Shown piece by piece: positions 26,319 through 36,900 of a stretch of 45,229 nucleotides of DNA. The stretch is from Acidobacteriota bacterium (GTDB lineage: Bacteria; Acidobacteriota; Polarisedimenticolia; J045). The notes under the pieces were generated by a model, which had not been told where the DNA came from, did not search any database, and saw only the letters and a program-made list of their open reading frames with translations. Location of the stretch: the NCBI GenBank assembly GCA_046331425.1, contig JAXLQU010000031.1:1-45229 (forward strand), written 5' to 3'. Each line of letters opens with the position of its first letter. The first letter of the stretch is position 1. The position numbers and the translations under genes are program-made.

Positions 26319-27748
26319 TGCGAATGACGTTCGGATTGTTGCTCTTGGCGTCGAGTTTCGTAGCGAGCGCAGGCACGCAAATGTCAAACAACGAGTCGCT
26401 GACATTCGGTGCGTTTGGCAAGGTCGCGCTGTATCGCCCAGCCTCTGCCATCGAGGATGTCGTGCTATTCGTTTCCGGAGACGGCGGCTGGAATCAAGGC
26501 GTGGTCGACATGGCAAAGCAACTGGTCTTGATGAATGCGCTCGTGCTGGGCATCGACATGCCGCGATTTGAAACCGCATTGAAGGCTGAGAAAGGCGCAT
26601 GCGCCTACCCTGCCGCCGAGTTCGAAGCGTTGAGTCAGTACGTCCAAAAGAAGCTCGACTTGCCGGACTACAAGACCCCGATTTTGGCGGGCTACTCTTC
26701 AGGCGCAACTCTGGTGTACGCGCTCTTGGCGCAAGCACCGGGCGGAACCTTCGCCGGCGGGTTGAGCCTCGGCTTTTGCCCCGACCTGGAGGTCACCAAA
26801 CCACTGTGCAAAGGAAGTGGCCTAACGTTCGTGCCGTTGCCCAAGAAGAATGGCTTCGTCTTCGATGCCAACCCTGCACTCCCCGCTCCGTTTCACGTGC
26901 TGCAAGGCGACATCGATCAGGTCTGTCAGCCCGAGGCGACACGCACCTATCTTTCCAAGATCCCAGCGGCAAAACTGTATTGGCTCCCGAAGGTCGGACA
27001 CGGCTATTCGGTCCCCAAGAACTGGTTGCCTCAGTTCCGCGACGCCTATCGTGATCTAAGAACGGTGAGCGCTCCCGATCGAACGCAAGCACACACGTCG
27101 CTCGGTACGACGGGCGCATCGACGCCATCAGTCGATGATCTGCCGCTGGTCGAGGTGCCGGCCGTCGGGGAAGTGCAGGACAGCGTGGCGGTGATTCTCA
27201 CCGGAGATGGCGGCTGGGCCGGACTCGACAAGCAAGTTGCCGGCGCGTTGGCCGCGCGCGGAATCCGCTGTATCGGCTGGAATTCCCTGCGCTACTACTG
27301 GACCGCGCGGACACCCGACTCAGCCGCGGCCGATCTCGCCCGCATCGTGCTACTGATCCAAGCGCAGTCGCCGGGCGCGAAGGTCCTGCTGATTGGCTAC
27401 TCGCTGGGCGCGGATGTCTTGCCGTTCCTGATCTCGCGTCTCTCCGAGACGCAACGGATGATGATCGCATCGGCCACGTTCATCGCGCCTTCGTTGTCGG
27501 TGGCGTTCGAGTTTCATCTCTCCAACTGGACAGGCGGCTCGCAGGCGGACGCCAAGCCGACGCTCCCTGAGATGCAAAAGCTCGCAGGCATGAAGCTGTT
27601 GTGCCTGTACGGAACCGACGACGAAGACTCGCTTTGCCCCAAGCTTCCGGCAGAACTGGCCAGCGTTCAGAAGATGCCGGGTGGACATCACTTTGGTGGT
27701 GATTACGAGGCCGTTGCCTCTCGGATCATTGCGGCAACCCAGCCGTAG
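26315..27748 (+). CDS. acvB: AcvB/VirJ-like periplasmic aminoacyl-PG hydrolase (tandem VirJ alpha/beta-hydrolase domains)
   Basis: Signal peptide MMRMTFGLLLLASSFVASA. Two related halves each carry a ...V(L/I)..(S/T)GDGGW... block (VVLFVSGDGGWNQGV and VAVILTGDGGWAGLD), plus GYSSGA and GYSLGA nucleophile elbows. Start at Met95 of the track ORF, overlapping the mprF stop (ATGA). This is the known lpiA-acvB gene order. Confidence 0.7.
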   Translation: MMRMTFGLLLLASSFVASAGTQMSNNESLTFGAFGKVALYRPASAIEDVVLFVSGDGGWNQGVVDMAKQLVLMNALVLGIDMPRFETALKAEKGACAYPAAEFEALSQYVQKKLDLPDYKTPILAGYSSGATLVYALLAQAPGGTFAGGLSLGFCPDLEVTKPLCKGSGLTFVPLPKKNGFVFDANPALPAPFHVLQGDIDQVCQPEATRTYLSKIPAAKLYWLPKVGHGYSVPKNWLPQFRDAYRDLRTVSAPDRTQAHTSLGTTGASTPSVDDLPLVEVPAVGEVQDSVAVILTGDGGWAGLDKQVAGALAARGIRCIGWNSLRYYWTARTPDSAAADLARIVLLIQAQSPGAKVLLIGYSLGADVLPFLISRLSETQRMMIASATFIAPSLSVAFEFHLSNWTGGSQADAKPTLPEMQKLAGMKLLCLYGTDDEDSLCPKLPAELASVQKMPGGHHFGGDYEAVASRIIAATQP

Positions 27749-27816
27749 AAATATTCGATGCCGGGCTCTCTCGCAGGAGAACCCGGCATCGTCGAGCGGA
27801 GGGAGGGAGGAGGTCG

Positions 27817-29274
27817 TTATGAAATAGAGAGCGGGAGAAAAACCGTTTCTCCTCGGCGAATCACCTGCACCAAGGCCGTGTCACTGTCTTTGACAGCCAA
27901 GAGCTTCTCGCGCGCCTGTCTGGCATCACTGACCGGCTGACGATTGATGCTCACGATCACATCACCCGACTCGAAACCACTGCGCGATGCAGGGCTGGCC
28001 GGAGCCACGTCGTTGATCAGCGCGCCATCGCCGTCATACTGCAGCGCTTGACGAACTCGCGGCGTGAGATCGGCGAGGGCGAAGCCGAGTTTCCCGCGCC
28101 CATCGCGTTCTGGCGCCGAGGCTTGTTGACCGTTGTCGCGCTCGGCGAGCTTCACCACGAGTTGCTTTCGATTGCCATCGCGCAAGACCGTCAGCCGAGT
28201 GGTTGTTCCAGGTGCCAGCGAGGCGACACGGTGACGAAGGTCGGCACTGGTCTTGACCGCGGTGCTGTCGACCTCGAGCACCACATCGCCGGTCTTCAAT
28301 CCTGCGTCGTCACCAGGGCCGCCAGGTTCAACGGTTCCGACCAGCACACCTCGCTCGGCGCCGAGCTCGAGTGCGCGCGCGAGCGGCGCGTTCACGTCTT
28401 GAACCGATGCCCCCAGGTAACCGCGCACGATTTTTCCGTTGGCCATCAGTTGCTGAGCGATCTCGCGCGCCATGTTCGAGGGGATCGCCAGACCAACCCC
28501 TTGAAAACCACCGCTTCGTGACAGGATCGCCGTGTTGATGCCGATCAGGCGCCCAGCGGTATCGACCAACGCACCGCCACTGTTGCCCGGATTGATCGCT
28601 GCGTCGGTTTGAATGAAGTCTTCATACTCGGTCAGTCGCAAGTTGCTGCGGCCCGTGGCGCTGACGATGCCGGCCGTGACGCTGTGTTGAAGCACTGGGC
28701 CGAAGGGGCTCCCTAACGCCAGCACCCATTGCCCCACCTGGACATTGTCGCTATCGGCGAACGGCACGGTGGGTAGATTCGCTCCATCGATTTTCAGCAC
28801 GGCGAGGTCGGTCATGGGATCGGTGCCGAGGACCTTGGCGGTGCGGCGGTCGCCGTCTGGAAGTAGCACATCGATCGACTCGGCCCCGTCGACGACGTGA
28901 TTGTTGGTCAGGATCACACCGTCTTCTCGCACGATCACGCCGCTACCGAAGGAACCATCTTCCGGTGTGGGATCACCACCGCGATCGCCGCGAAACATCA
29001 TGGGGATACCGTCCCGCGCTGCCTCGGCTCGCTTGGCAACTTGTATCGACACGATGGCGGGATTGACGCGAGCCGCCACGCCCACAAACGGATCTGAGTT
29101 GACGGTGGGGGCGGAGCCGGTTACGGGCGCAGGGAGCTTGGAGGCGCCTTCTCGTGTTTCGTACCACTTGGTTCCCGCTGCGATCGCACCAACGGTGCCG
29201 AGCACGAACATCACTGCGAGTGCACTGGCTCCTAAGAATTGACCTCTTCTTTGCATCATCGTCTCCCTCATCAC
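27817..29274 (-). CDS. htrA: DegP/HtrA-family periplasmic serine endoprotease (trypsin domain + 2 PDZ)
   Basis: Signal peptide/TM. LTNNHVV (His), DLAVLKI (Asp) and GNSGGALV (Ser) form the catalytic triad context. Two PDZ-like regions follow (GVLVGTVEPGGPGDDAGLKTGDVV; GALINDVAPASPASRSGFESGDVI). Confidence 0.9.
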   Translation of the reverse strand: MMRETMMQRRGQFLGASALAVMFVLGTVGAIAAGTKWYETREGASKLPAPVTGSAPTVNSDPFVGVAARVNPAIVSIQVAKRAEAARDGIPMMFRGDRGGDPTPEDGSFGSGVIVREDGVILTNNHVVDGAESIDVLLPDGDRRTAKVLGTDPMTDLAVLKIDGANLPTVPFADSDNVQVGQWVLALGSPFGPVLQHSVTAGIVSATGRSNLRLTEYEDFIQTDAAINPGNSGGALVDTAGRLIGINTAILSRSGGFQGVGLAIPSNMAREIAQQLMANGKIVRGYLGASVQDVNAPLARALELGAERGVLVGTVEPGGPGDDAGLKTGDVVLEVDSTAVKTSADLRHRVASLAPGTTTRLTVLRDGNRKQLVVKLAERDNGQQASAPERDGRGKLGFALADLTPRVRQALQYDGDGALINDVAPASPASRSGFESGDVIVSINRQPVSDARQAREKLLAVKDSDTALVQVIRRGETVFLPLSIS

Positions 29275-29487
29275 GGGCGCTCGAGTCGAACGCTTCGGTG
29301 TCGAGCAGGCCTCTTCAATTTCTGTGCCGCAATGTCAGGAGCTCGCGTCGCCGCCCCTCGAAGGGCGACATCGAGCGGCGAACGGTCGCTGTGTGCAGGA
29401 TCGAACGGGATGCGTGTTTGCGGAGGGTCGCGTACGAGTCGCGTGATGGGTGCGCCGTTTTGCCACCCCGCGCGGAATTGGCTCGCG

Positions 29488-30111
29488 TCAGTCGCGACGC
29501 CCTTCGTCCTCGAGCGCATGCAAGCGTTCACCGAGTTCCGTCATGAACGATTCTTTATCTCCGGTCCACGTGACCGGCTGCCCGACAAACAGGTCGCAGA
29601 AGAACGGAACGAACAGTGCTTCGCCCTTGGGCAGTGCCATGTTCAGGCCGCGAACGTAGATCGGCACCACCGGTACCGCAGGGTGCCGGCGGGCGAGATG
29701 CGCGACACCCGTCTTCAATTCGCCCATCTCGCCGGTCAGGCTGCGCGTCCCTTCCGGAAACAACACCGCCATTCCGCCCTGCGACAAGAACTCGCCGACC
29801 TCGGCCAGCGGATCTCCCTCCGAGACCTTGGGTCGGCGCGACAACGGTATGATCCCGATCACGTTCAACGAGAACCAAGCCACGAGTCGATTGCGCAAGA
29901 AGTAGTCGGCAGCCGCGACCGGTCGAAGCTTCGGCAGAGAACTCAACGGGTAGAGCGACATCAGCACCAGTGCGTCGAGGTGACTGGCATGGTTGGCCAC
30001 GAGAATCGCGGGGCCGCGGTTGGGCAACAGTTCGCGACGTCGCACGTTCAGTCCCAACCCGATCAGCACCAATGGGCGGACGATCAACGCGAAGAACATT
30101 AGCCTCAGCAT
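29488..30111 (-). CDS. plsC: 1-acyl-sn-glycerol-3-phosphate acyltransferase (LPLAT/PlsC family)
   Basis: NHASHLD (HX4D) and FPEGTRS motifs. N-terminal TM. Confidence 0.85.
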   Translation of the reverse strand: MLRLMFFALIVRPLVLIGLGLNVRRRELLPNRGPAILVANHASHLDALVLMSLYPLSSLPKLRPVAAADYFLRNRLVAWFSLNVIGIIPLSRRPKVSEGDPLAEVGEFLSQGGMAVLFPEGTRSLTGEMGELKTGVAHLARRHPAVPVVPIYVRGLNMALPKGEALFVPFFCDLFVGQPVTWTGDKESFMTELGERLHALEDEGRRD

Positions 30112-30118
30112 CGGCGCC

Positions 30119-31069
30119 TCAAAAGTGGAGGTAGCGGATGAAGTGCGTAAACAGCGGCGCTGTATAGATCAGGCTGTTGACGCGGTCGATGACCCCACCG
30201 TGCCCGGGAATCATGTCGCTGGCGTCTTTGACGCCGATGTCGCGCTTGAGCGAGGCCATCGCACAGTCGCCGATGAACCCACCGACACCAATGATCACAC
30301 CGGCGATCAGTGACTGATGGACCGTCAGCGGCGTGAAGTAGGGCGCCGCGAGATACGACAGCAGCACCGTGGTGGCGGCGCCTCCCAGCATCCCACCCCA
30401 GGTTTTGTTGGGACTCACCGTCGGCAAGATCTTGCGACGTCCGAGCGACTTTCCCCACACATACTGCGCCACGTCGTTGAGTTGCGTAAGGCAGACCAAA
30501 AACAGAACCATCGCAGGCCCGGAAGCGGTTGTACCGGTTCTGCTCTCGACGGTCGGCATCACCAACAACCACGCAAGGTGCGATAGGCAGAAGACCATCG
30601 TCATCAAACCCCAGTGGATGGTGCTGATCGCGCGAACGTACCCGGCTGTCTCGCCAATCGTGATCATGCGAAACGGCAAGAAGAGAAACACATAGACCGG
30701 GATGAACAACACGAAGAAGCCGTACCAACCTTGCGCAATCAGATAGTACTGAATCGGTATCGCCAGATAGGCCCAGAACAGAATGCGGCGATCGGCGCGG
30801 CGCACCGCGATCAGTGCGAAGTACTCCTTCAGCGCCAGAAAGCTCACAAACGCGAAGAAGACAACGGTGATACGCCAGGACGACAGCATCGCAACCGCAA
30901 AGATGCCGACCATGATCCACCAGCCCCACAGTCGATCACGCAGCTCGACGAACAGCTTGGGCGTCAGGCGTGACTCGAGGGCGAACACGATCAGGCTGAC
31001 CAGCGCCAACACCGCCACGATCACGCCGAACGTTTTCACCACCAGATCTTCTGCGTGCAACCAGCTCAC
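30119..31069 (-). CDS. cdsA: Phosphatidate cytidylyltransferase (CDP-diacylglycerol synthase)
   Basis: C-terminal signature KTWGGMLGG...GDCAMASLKRDIGVKDASDMIPGHGGVIDRVNSL. The GTG start is behind GAGGTG and overlaps the upstream gene stop (GTGA). The ORF track begins at 31159. Confidence 0.85.
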   Translation of the reverse strand: MSWLHAEDLVVKTFGVIVAVLALVSLIVFALESRLTPKLFVELRDRLWGWWIMVGIFAVAMLSSWRITVVFFAFVSFLALKEYFALIAVRRADRRILFWAYLAIPIQYYLIAQGWYGFFVLFIPVYVFLFLPFRMITIGETAGYVRAISTIHWGLMTMVFCLSHLAWLLVMPTVESRTGTTASGPAMVLFLVCLTQLNDVAQYVWGKSLGRRKILPTVSPNKTWGGMLGGAATTVLLSYLAAPYFTPLTVHQSLIAGVIIGVGGFIGDCAMASLKRDIGVKDASDMIPGHGGVIDRVNSLIYTAPLFTHFIRYLHF

Positions 31070-31680
31070 TGTCGCACCTCGCGCAGCGCGTGGCGGCAGC
31101 GATTGAGTACGGTGAGCCCCGCAAGCAGCGCAACAGCGACCAGCACGATCGCACTCCATCGGCCACGCCTGATTCCCAGTCCAATCAGCAGGTAGACCAC
31201 TCCAAACACGAACGCCCGATCGCTCTTGCCCATCGGTCCGTCATAGCGGCGCGATGCACCGACCTGCACAGCGGCAACGCCAGCCAGCTCTGTGAGCGCC
31301 GCCAGAAACACCGCCGCGACCGCGGCCGACGCATGTCGCGGGCCGAGGGCTGCCATCGGCAAATAGAGCGCTGCATCCGAAACGACATCGCTGAGCTCGT
31401 TGAGCAAGCCTCCCAACGCCGACTTCTGGCCATGCTCGCGAGCCAACATTCCATCGATTGCATTCAGCGCCATCCGCGCAAACAGCACGACCGGCGCAAG
31501 CAGGTACCAGCGCGGCTGCCACGGAGCGATGAACCACAACAACAGGCCTGTTCCGATCGACATCAGCATCGCGACGGTGGTCACCTGATTGGCCGTCACG
31601 CCGGCCCCTGCCATCGTTCGGCAGACTGGCCGCAAGAGCGCTTGGAACTTCGGCTTCACATCGTAGATCGTTGCCATCAC
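31066..31680 (-). CDS. CDP-alcohol phosphatidyltransferase family protein (PgsA/Pss-type; headgroup specificity unknown)
   Basis: D-G-x2-A-R-x8-G-x3-D-x3-D motif present as NAIDGMLAREHGQKSALGGLLNELSDVVSD. Multi-TM. Confidence 0.75.
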   Translation of the reverse strand: MMATIYDVKPKFQALLRPVCRTMAGAGVTANQVTTVAMLMSIGTGLLLWFIAPWQPRWYLLAPVVLFARMALNAIDGMLAREHGQKSALGGLLNELSDVVSDAALYLPMAALGPRHASAAVAAVFLAALTELAGVAAVQVGASRRYDGPMGKSDRAFVFGVVYLLIGLGIRRGRWSAIVLVAVALLAGLTVLNRCRHALREVRQ

Positions 31681-31701
31681 GCTCTCCCGTGGCTCGGTCG
31701 C

Positions 31702-32877
31702 CTACAGTACCTCGCGCAAGACGCGCAGCGCGTTCGCGCCCATGACAGCGCGGACCTCGTCATCGGAGAAACCGGCGTCGATCAGCGCCTGCGTCACCTG
31801 CGAAATATGACTTGCGTCGAACGCTGTGGTAACGGCGCCGTCGAAGTCGGAGCCGAGCGCAACATGTTCTATTCCCATCACCGAGGCGGCATGCCTGACG
31901 GCCCGCGCAATGTCCCGCGGACTCGTGCCGCACACGGCCGCCTCCCAGTAGCCGATCCCGACCACGCCGCCCGTGGCGGCAATCCCCTGCAACGCGTGAT
32001 CCGACAGGTTTCGATTGTTGTCGCACGTCCCGCGTACACCGGTGTGCGATGCCACCAGCGGCTTGGTGGCTAGCGCCAGCGTTTCATCGATTGCTTGTGG
32101 CGATGCGTGCGAGAGATCGATCGCGATCCCCAGCCGTTGCATCTGCTGCACGACCTCACGACCCAACGAGGTGAGTCCGCCTCGACCCAGACCGTGGATC
32201 GACCCAGCCACCTCGTTGTCGAAGAGGTGCGCCAAACCCATCATTCGGAAACCTGCGTCGTAGAGCTGTTGCAGATTCTCCAACTTTCCGTCGAGCGCGT
32301 GCAGTCCTTCTACCGCCAGCAGCCCACCCAGAGCCTGGGGCGCGTCCAACCGATGTCGCAGCAGCGCCTCGAGGTCACCGCGCGTTCGCAGCAGCGAGAG
32401 ATCGTTGCGTGAGTCGTTCGACCAGCGCTCCAAGCGCGCACCTTGATACAACGTTCTCTGCACGTTGCTCCGCCAGGTGCCCACCGGCCACAACTGCGCG
32501 ATTGCCAGCGGCGTGACGCGATCGAAATCACTCGCCCTGCGCCCCGTGTCGTTTCCCTCCGGTGCTTGCGACACCGTCGAAAACACCTGCACGGTGACAT
32601 TTCCCTCCCTCAGACGAGGGAAATCGATGTGTCCTCGCGTGCCCCGCTCGGTCAGGTCACGCCGCCAGAATAGTGAGTCGGCGTGTAGGTCGACGATGGT
32701 CAGTGACCGAGTCAGTTCGAGCGCATGCTGGGATATCGGCAACAGTCCTTGCGGTACAACGGCGTTGTAATGCCTTTCAACGCGTGCCGGCAACGGCCCG
32801 AAGAAGATCACAGCAGCCAGCACCAGACAGATTGCTGCTGGGGTGACGAGGTAGTGTCGCAAGAACATTGCGCTCAT
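31702..32877 (-). CDS. Membrane dipeptidase (peptidase M19 / renal dipeptidase family) with N-terminal signal anchor
   Basis: VDLHADSL, GLAHLFDNEV, DLSHAS, ASHTGVRG and GSDFDG blocks. The start (Met24) is uncertain. The ORF track begins at 32946. Confidence 0.75.
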   Translation of the reverse strand: MSAMFLRHYLVTPAAICLVLAAVIFFGPLPARVERHYNAVVPQGLLPISQHALELTRSLTIVDLHADSLFWRRDLTERGTRGHIDFPRLREGNVTVQVFSTVSQAPEGNDTGRRASDFDRVTPLAIAQLWPVGTWRSNVQRTLYQGARLERWSNDSRNDLSLLRTRGDLEALLRHRLDAPQALGGLLAVEGLHALDGKLENLQQLYDAGFRMMGLAHLFDNEVAGSIHGLGRGGLTSLGREVVQQMQRLGIAIDLSHASPQAIDETLALATKPLVASHTGVRGTCDNNRNLSDHALQGIAATGGVVGIGYWEAAVCGTSPRDIARAVRHAASVMGIEHVALGSDFDGAVTTAFDASHISQVTQALIDAGFSDDEVRAVMGANALRVLREVL

Positions 32878-32894
32878 CGAACGACTCGGCGGCA

Positions 32895-33845
32895 TTAGGT
32901 GATGCGGCCGAGCACCCAAGCGCCTTCGTTCCAGAGTTGGATCCATTCCACGAAGCCAGGCACTCGTTCGGGCGGGACAACCGCCACCATCCCGACTCCG
33001 CTGTTGAATTCACAACTGAACTGTTGTCGCGACATCCCCGAGGCGTGTTGCAACGCAAGCTGCAGCGGAGGAAGGTCCCAGTCGTGGTTGAGATCGAATC
33101 CAACCGATGCAGGCAACCAACGAGTCAGACTGCCGGTCAAGCCGCCGCATCCCACGGGAACCAGCGCGTGCAGCCACTGCTCTTTGAGCGCGCGCTGCAC
33201 CGCTCCGAGGTAGGTTCTGTGCCGAGCGTTCATCAGGGTCGCAAATGTGGAATCTGTTCCGGGAACCTGATAATCCGCGCCCCAGCCTCGAGCATCCGCG
33301 ATCGCCCACGCGGCACGGTGTCCATCGCCATGAAGTCCCTGCGACGCCAGCCCCACCAACAGATCGCCTGACCTGACTTGCGATCCATCCAAGATCGAGC
33401 TGCGTGTCGATGTGCCCAGCAGCACCAGACTCAGATCGTGATCATCACCGGCGTTTCCCGTCGCGACCGTTTGCAATCCCGAGATCGCCACCGAATCGGC
33501 ACGGCAACTGCGAGAGATCCCAAGCACCAACTGCTCGCGCACTTCCGCCTCGGGGCTCATCAGAACCAGCGTGGCGTGCAGCGCCGTGGGCACCGCTCCA
33601 CGAGCCCATACCTGGTTGATGAGTTTCGCGACGGCGTCGAGTCCCAATCCGACCCAGCCACCTGTTCGGCGCGCTGTCGACACGCGATCGTTGGCGTCTC
33701 CCATCGCAGAAACCCACACGGCGTCCGCGGCGCCGTTGGGGGCCTCGAAGATCGCAGGTAACTCGGGTCCACCCGAGTGCGGCAATGAATGACGCGTCGA
33801 CTCGACAAGCTCGCAGAGAATTTGGTCTTCCTGCCATTCGCGCAT
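32895..33845 (-). CDS. PurM-like (AIR synthase-related) protein, divergent
   Basis: C-domain-like block LVGLASQGLHGDGHRAAWAI resembles the (S)SGLHSNG(F/Y)SL signature. An N-terminal GLGLDAVAKLIN-like block is present. The DGVGTK-type ATP motif is degenerate. Weak call. Confidence 0.45.
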   Translation of the reverse strand: MREWQEDQILCELVESTRHSLPHSGGPELPAIFEAPNGAADAVWVSAMGDANDRVSTARRTGGWVGLGLDAVAKLINQVWARGAVPTALHATLVLMSPEAEVREQLVLGISRSCRADSVAISGLQTVATGNAGDDHDLSLVLLGTSTRSSILDGSQVRSGDLLVGLASQGLHGDGHRAAWAIADARGWGADYQVPGTDSTFATLMNARHRTYLGAVQRALKEQWLHALVPVGCGGLTGSLTRWLPASVGFDLNHDWDLPPLQLALQHASGMSRQQFSCEFNSGVGMVAVVPPERVPGFVEWIQLWNEGAWVLGRIT

Positions 33846-33970
33846 GTCCCCTCCAACTCGCCTCGGCCGCCGAAGTTTGCGTTGCGAGTGGGGGGCCAGT
33901 CAACGCCGCCGACGCCACCGTGCGCTTGTTCCGGTCGGGGACGTCGGCAGCATGCTGATTGCTTCTATCG

Positions 33971-36900
33971 CTATGGACAGGCTCCACGCGAACTCTGAAG
34001 TCGCGGCCCCTGACTCGCTTGCCCGACAGGCCCTTCACCCGAGCCGTTGGAGGCGCGCACCAGCCACCAGCTCATCGAGCCAGCAGCCGGCTGCTCGGCG
34101 ATGGAAGTCGCCGATGTGGCAGTCGTCGTCAGCCGCGTGCAGGAATCGGCCTCCGCGGTGAGGAGCTTCGGGAGATCGGCACCCGTGCCGCGGTAAAGCG
34201 AATAGGACTGCGCGCCGGTCGCTGCGGTCCAGGAAAGCGCTGTCTTTGTGTCCCAGCGCAAACGCAGCACCTCGCCTGGGCTGGAATTCTGATCACACGT
34301 TCTGTAGCGACAAGACTCGGGGAATGGATGCGAGACCTTGACGTTGTCGACCTGCCACCAGCGATCGTTTGCGCCTCGTGTGTACCGGAACTGGATCACG
34401 ACGTCGCTCGCTCCTGCTGCTTGGGCCGTGATATCGACCACGCGATGATCCGGGTTCGCGCTGGAGGCACCGTTGTAACGAAACACATTGACGAAATCGC
34501 CGCCGGTCAGTGTCGAGCGAACATCGACGTCGCCGCGCTCGTCACCGCCACCTGGACCGAAGTTGAAAAAACTGTCGAACTCGACGGTCACCGAGCTTGC
34601 GGCCGAGAGGTCGAGCGTCGGCGTGATCAAGCGCTCTTCCTGCGACGCACCGGCTCCGGCCGCTTGGCTATCGACAATCGCGAACGGCTCCGTGATTGGG
34701 GGGTTCGCGGCCCGGCCGCCGGGATTACTGGTGGTCCATGTGCTGGCCGCGCCACCACCGCTTCCCTTGTCCTCGACTGTCCAGGTCGTCGGGATTCCAG
34801 CAGCGAAGTCTTCGAAAAGATCGGTCGTGCGTCCGGCCGGCACCTTCTCACCGGTGGGCCCGATAGACAGCGCGTCGGTGAAGACACCTTGATGTGTGTG
34901 AATCTCGACGTTGAACTGAACCGTCGAACCGCAGGCAGCACCCAGCGGAAGGTGAGCGATGAAATGCGGGGCGCTCGAATCGGCGACTCCGTTGCGGGGA
35001 ATCTCAGGATAAAGCCGAGTGTCTTCGATCATCGTGACGCCAGGCGTCACGGGGATCAGCGTGGCGTAGACGCCGGTGAGCGTGTCGGTACCGGTGTTCT
35101 TCAGCGCGACACGGATCGCCGCGGTCTCGCCCTCGTCCCAATGGCCGTCAGCATTGCCGGCACCACCAGCAGCGCAGGAGTCGGAGAGTCGTTGGAATGT
35201 GTCCTTGGCGCAACCCGGTCCGCACGCCTGGGTCAGTGTCAGTTGCAACTCGAAGCCGATGATCGTTCCGGAATCGACTCCGAAATCATCGATCACTTCC
35301 AACTGCCACGTCCCTTGGGCGCTCTTGCCGGCAAACGCAGCGAGCGGCGATTCGGGCTTGAACGATCCAGCATACGGTGGCACTCCAGCGCTGATGGGCG
35401 TGATCGCTGCATCGTCGAACAGCGTATTGTCGAAGTTGTCTCCTGTGTCGCCGCGCCGGCTGGAGAGGTTGACGAACGAACCATCGGGATGTCGCAACCG
35501 CACCGTAACGTTGCCATCGGCGGTATGGGCGAGATTGAAGCGGACTTTGACGTCGACGACCTTGCGCGCATCGTCGAGCACAGCGCGCGCTACATTCGCT
35601 ACAGTGGACTGCGCCGGCATCACGATCGGCGGATCGGGTGAGAGCCTGGCGACAGAGAAGTCGGCACCGGTCGTGAACTGGAAGTAGTTTCCAGCGTTGT
35701 TCGCCACCGCAAGCTGCCCGTAGCGATCGGCGGAGCGGACGGAGTAGTACTGTCTAGTGCATTCCGGCAAGTCGGTCAGTTGGGTCAGGTGCGCGGTCAC
35801 GAGCGACGAATTCAACGCGCTGTTCGTCGCCGGTGGAATCGATGCACCGTAGGTTGCTTGGCTGCTGCTTGTTTCATCGGTGTTCCATTTGAGGTTTGCG
35901 GTTCTTCCCGTGATCGAGTCGGCGCCGACGCCGCTGATTACCGGCGCGGCGCAGTCGATGCTTGCGCTGCGCTGCACCGCTGCGGCGGAGGTTCCACACG
36001 GAGAGGCATCGAGATATTCGACGGTGACGTTGGACAGATCAGTCGTGCTGATTCGGCCGTCGGGTGTCGGCGGGGCCGATGTAGTCGAGATCGAGCCGAG
36101 ATAGGTGCCCGAGCCGGCAGGTGACTCCACCAGAATCACCACCTCAGGTACCGTCTCGACCGGCGAGGTCACGCGAACCGGTTGAGTACCCGAACCGATC
36201 AGATCGGAGTCCGTCACGGTGATTTGAATCGTGTCGGAACAGCTATAGAGAGTTCGGTCCAAGCTGAGCGCTCCAAAGCACGCCTGACCGGTGCAATCGA
36301 TGGTGGCGGTGCGTGTCTTGGTGACATTGGCGGTTCCGCACGAGGAGGCATCGACATACGTCATCGTGACGATCGAGCCGTGCGCCACGTTCAGAACTCC
36401 GTTGTGAATTGGCGGCGCCGACGAGGTAGCGATGGTTCCGGAGAATCGCCCCGAGCCAGCCGGAGATTCAACCAGTGTCACGATTTCGGGCGTGGTCTCG
36501 ACGCTCGAGCTGACAGAGACGACTTGCGTCCCCGCACCGCGCAGATCGGCGTCGTCAAGACGCAGTGTGATCGTATCGGAGCAGTTGTAGACACTGCGAT
36601 CCGATGTGAATGCGCCCGAGCAAGGCAGCGCCGAAGCACTGACGCAACTGCTCCCCGGCCCCATGCACGCGCCGCTCACGCCGATCGGCTGGACGACGTA
36701 ATGGTACGGGCGCTCGTTGGCCACATCGCTATCTGTGAAGCTGGTACCGGCGACCGTGCCGATCACTGCCTTACCCAAATCGCAACCGGCGAACCCTTCG
36801 GCGCGCATCACGCGGTAACTCGTTGCACCGGGAACAGCCGACCATGTCAGGCCGATCTGATTGTTGTTGCTACTCGATGCTGTTACGACCGGTGCCGTGG

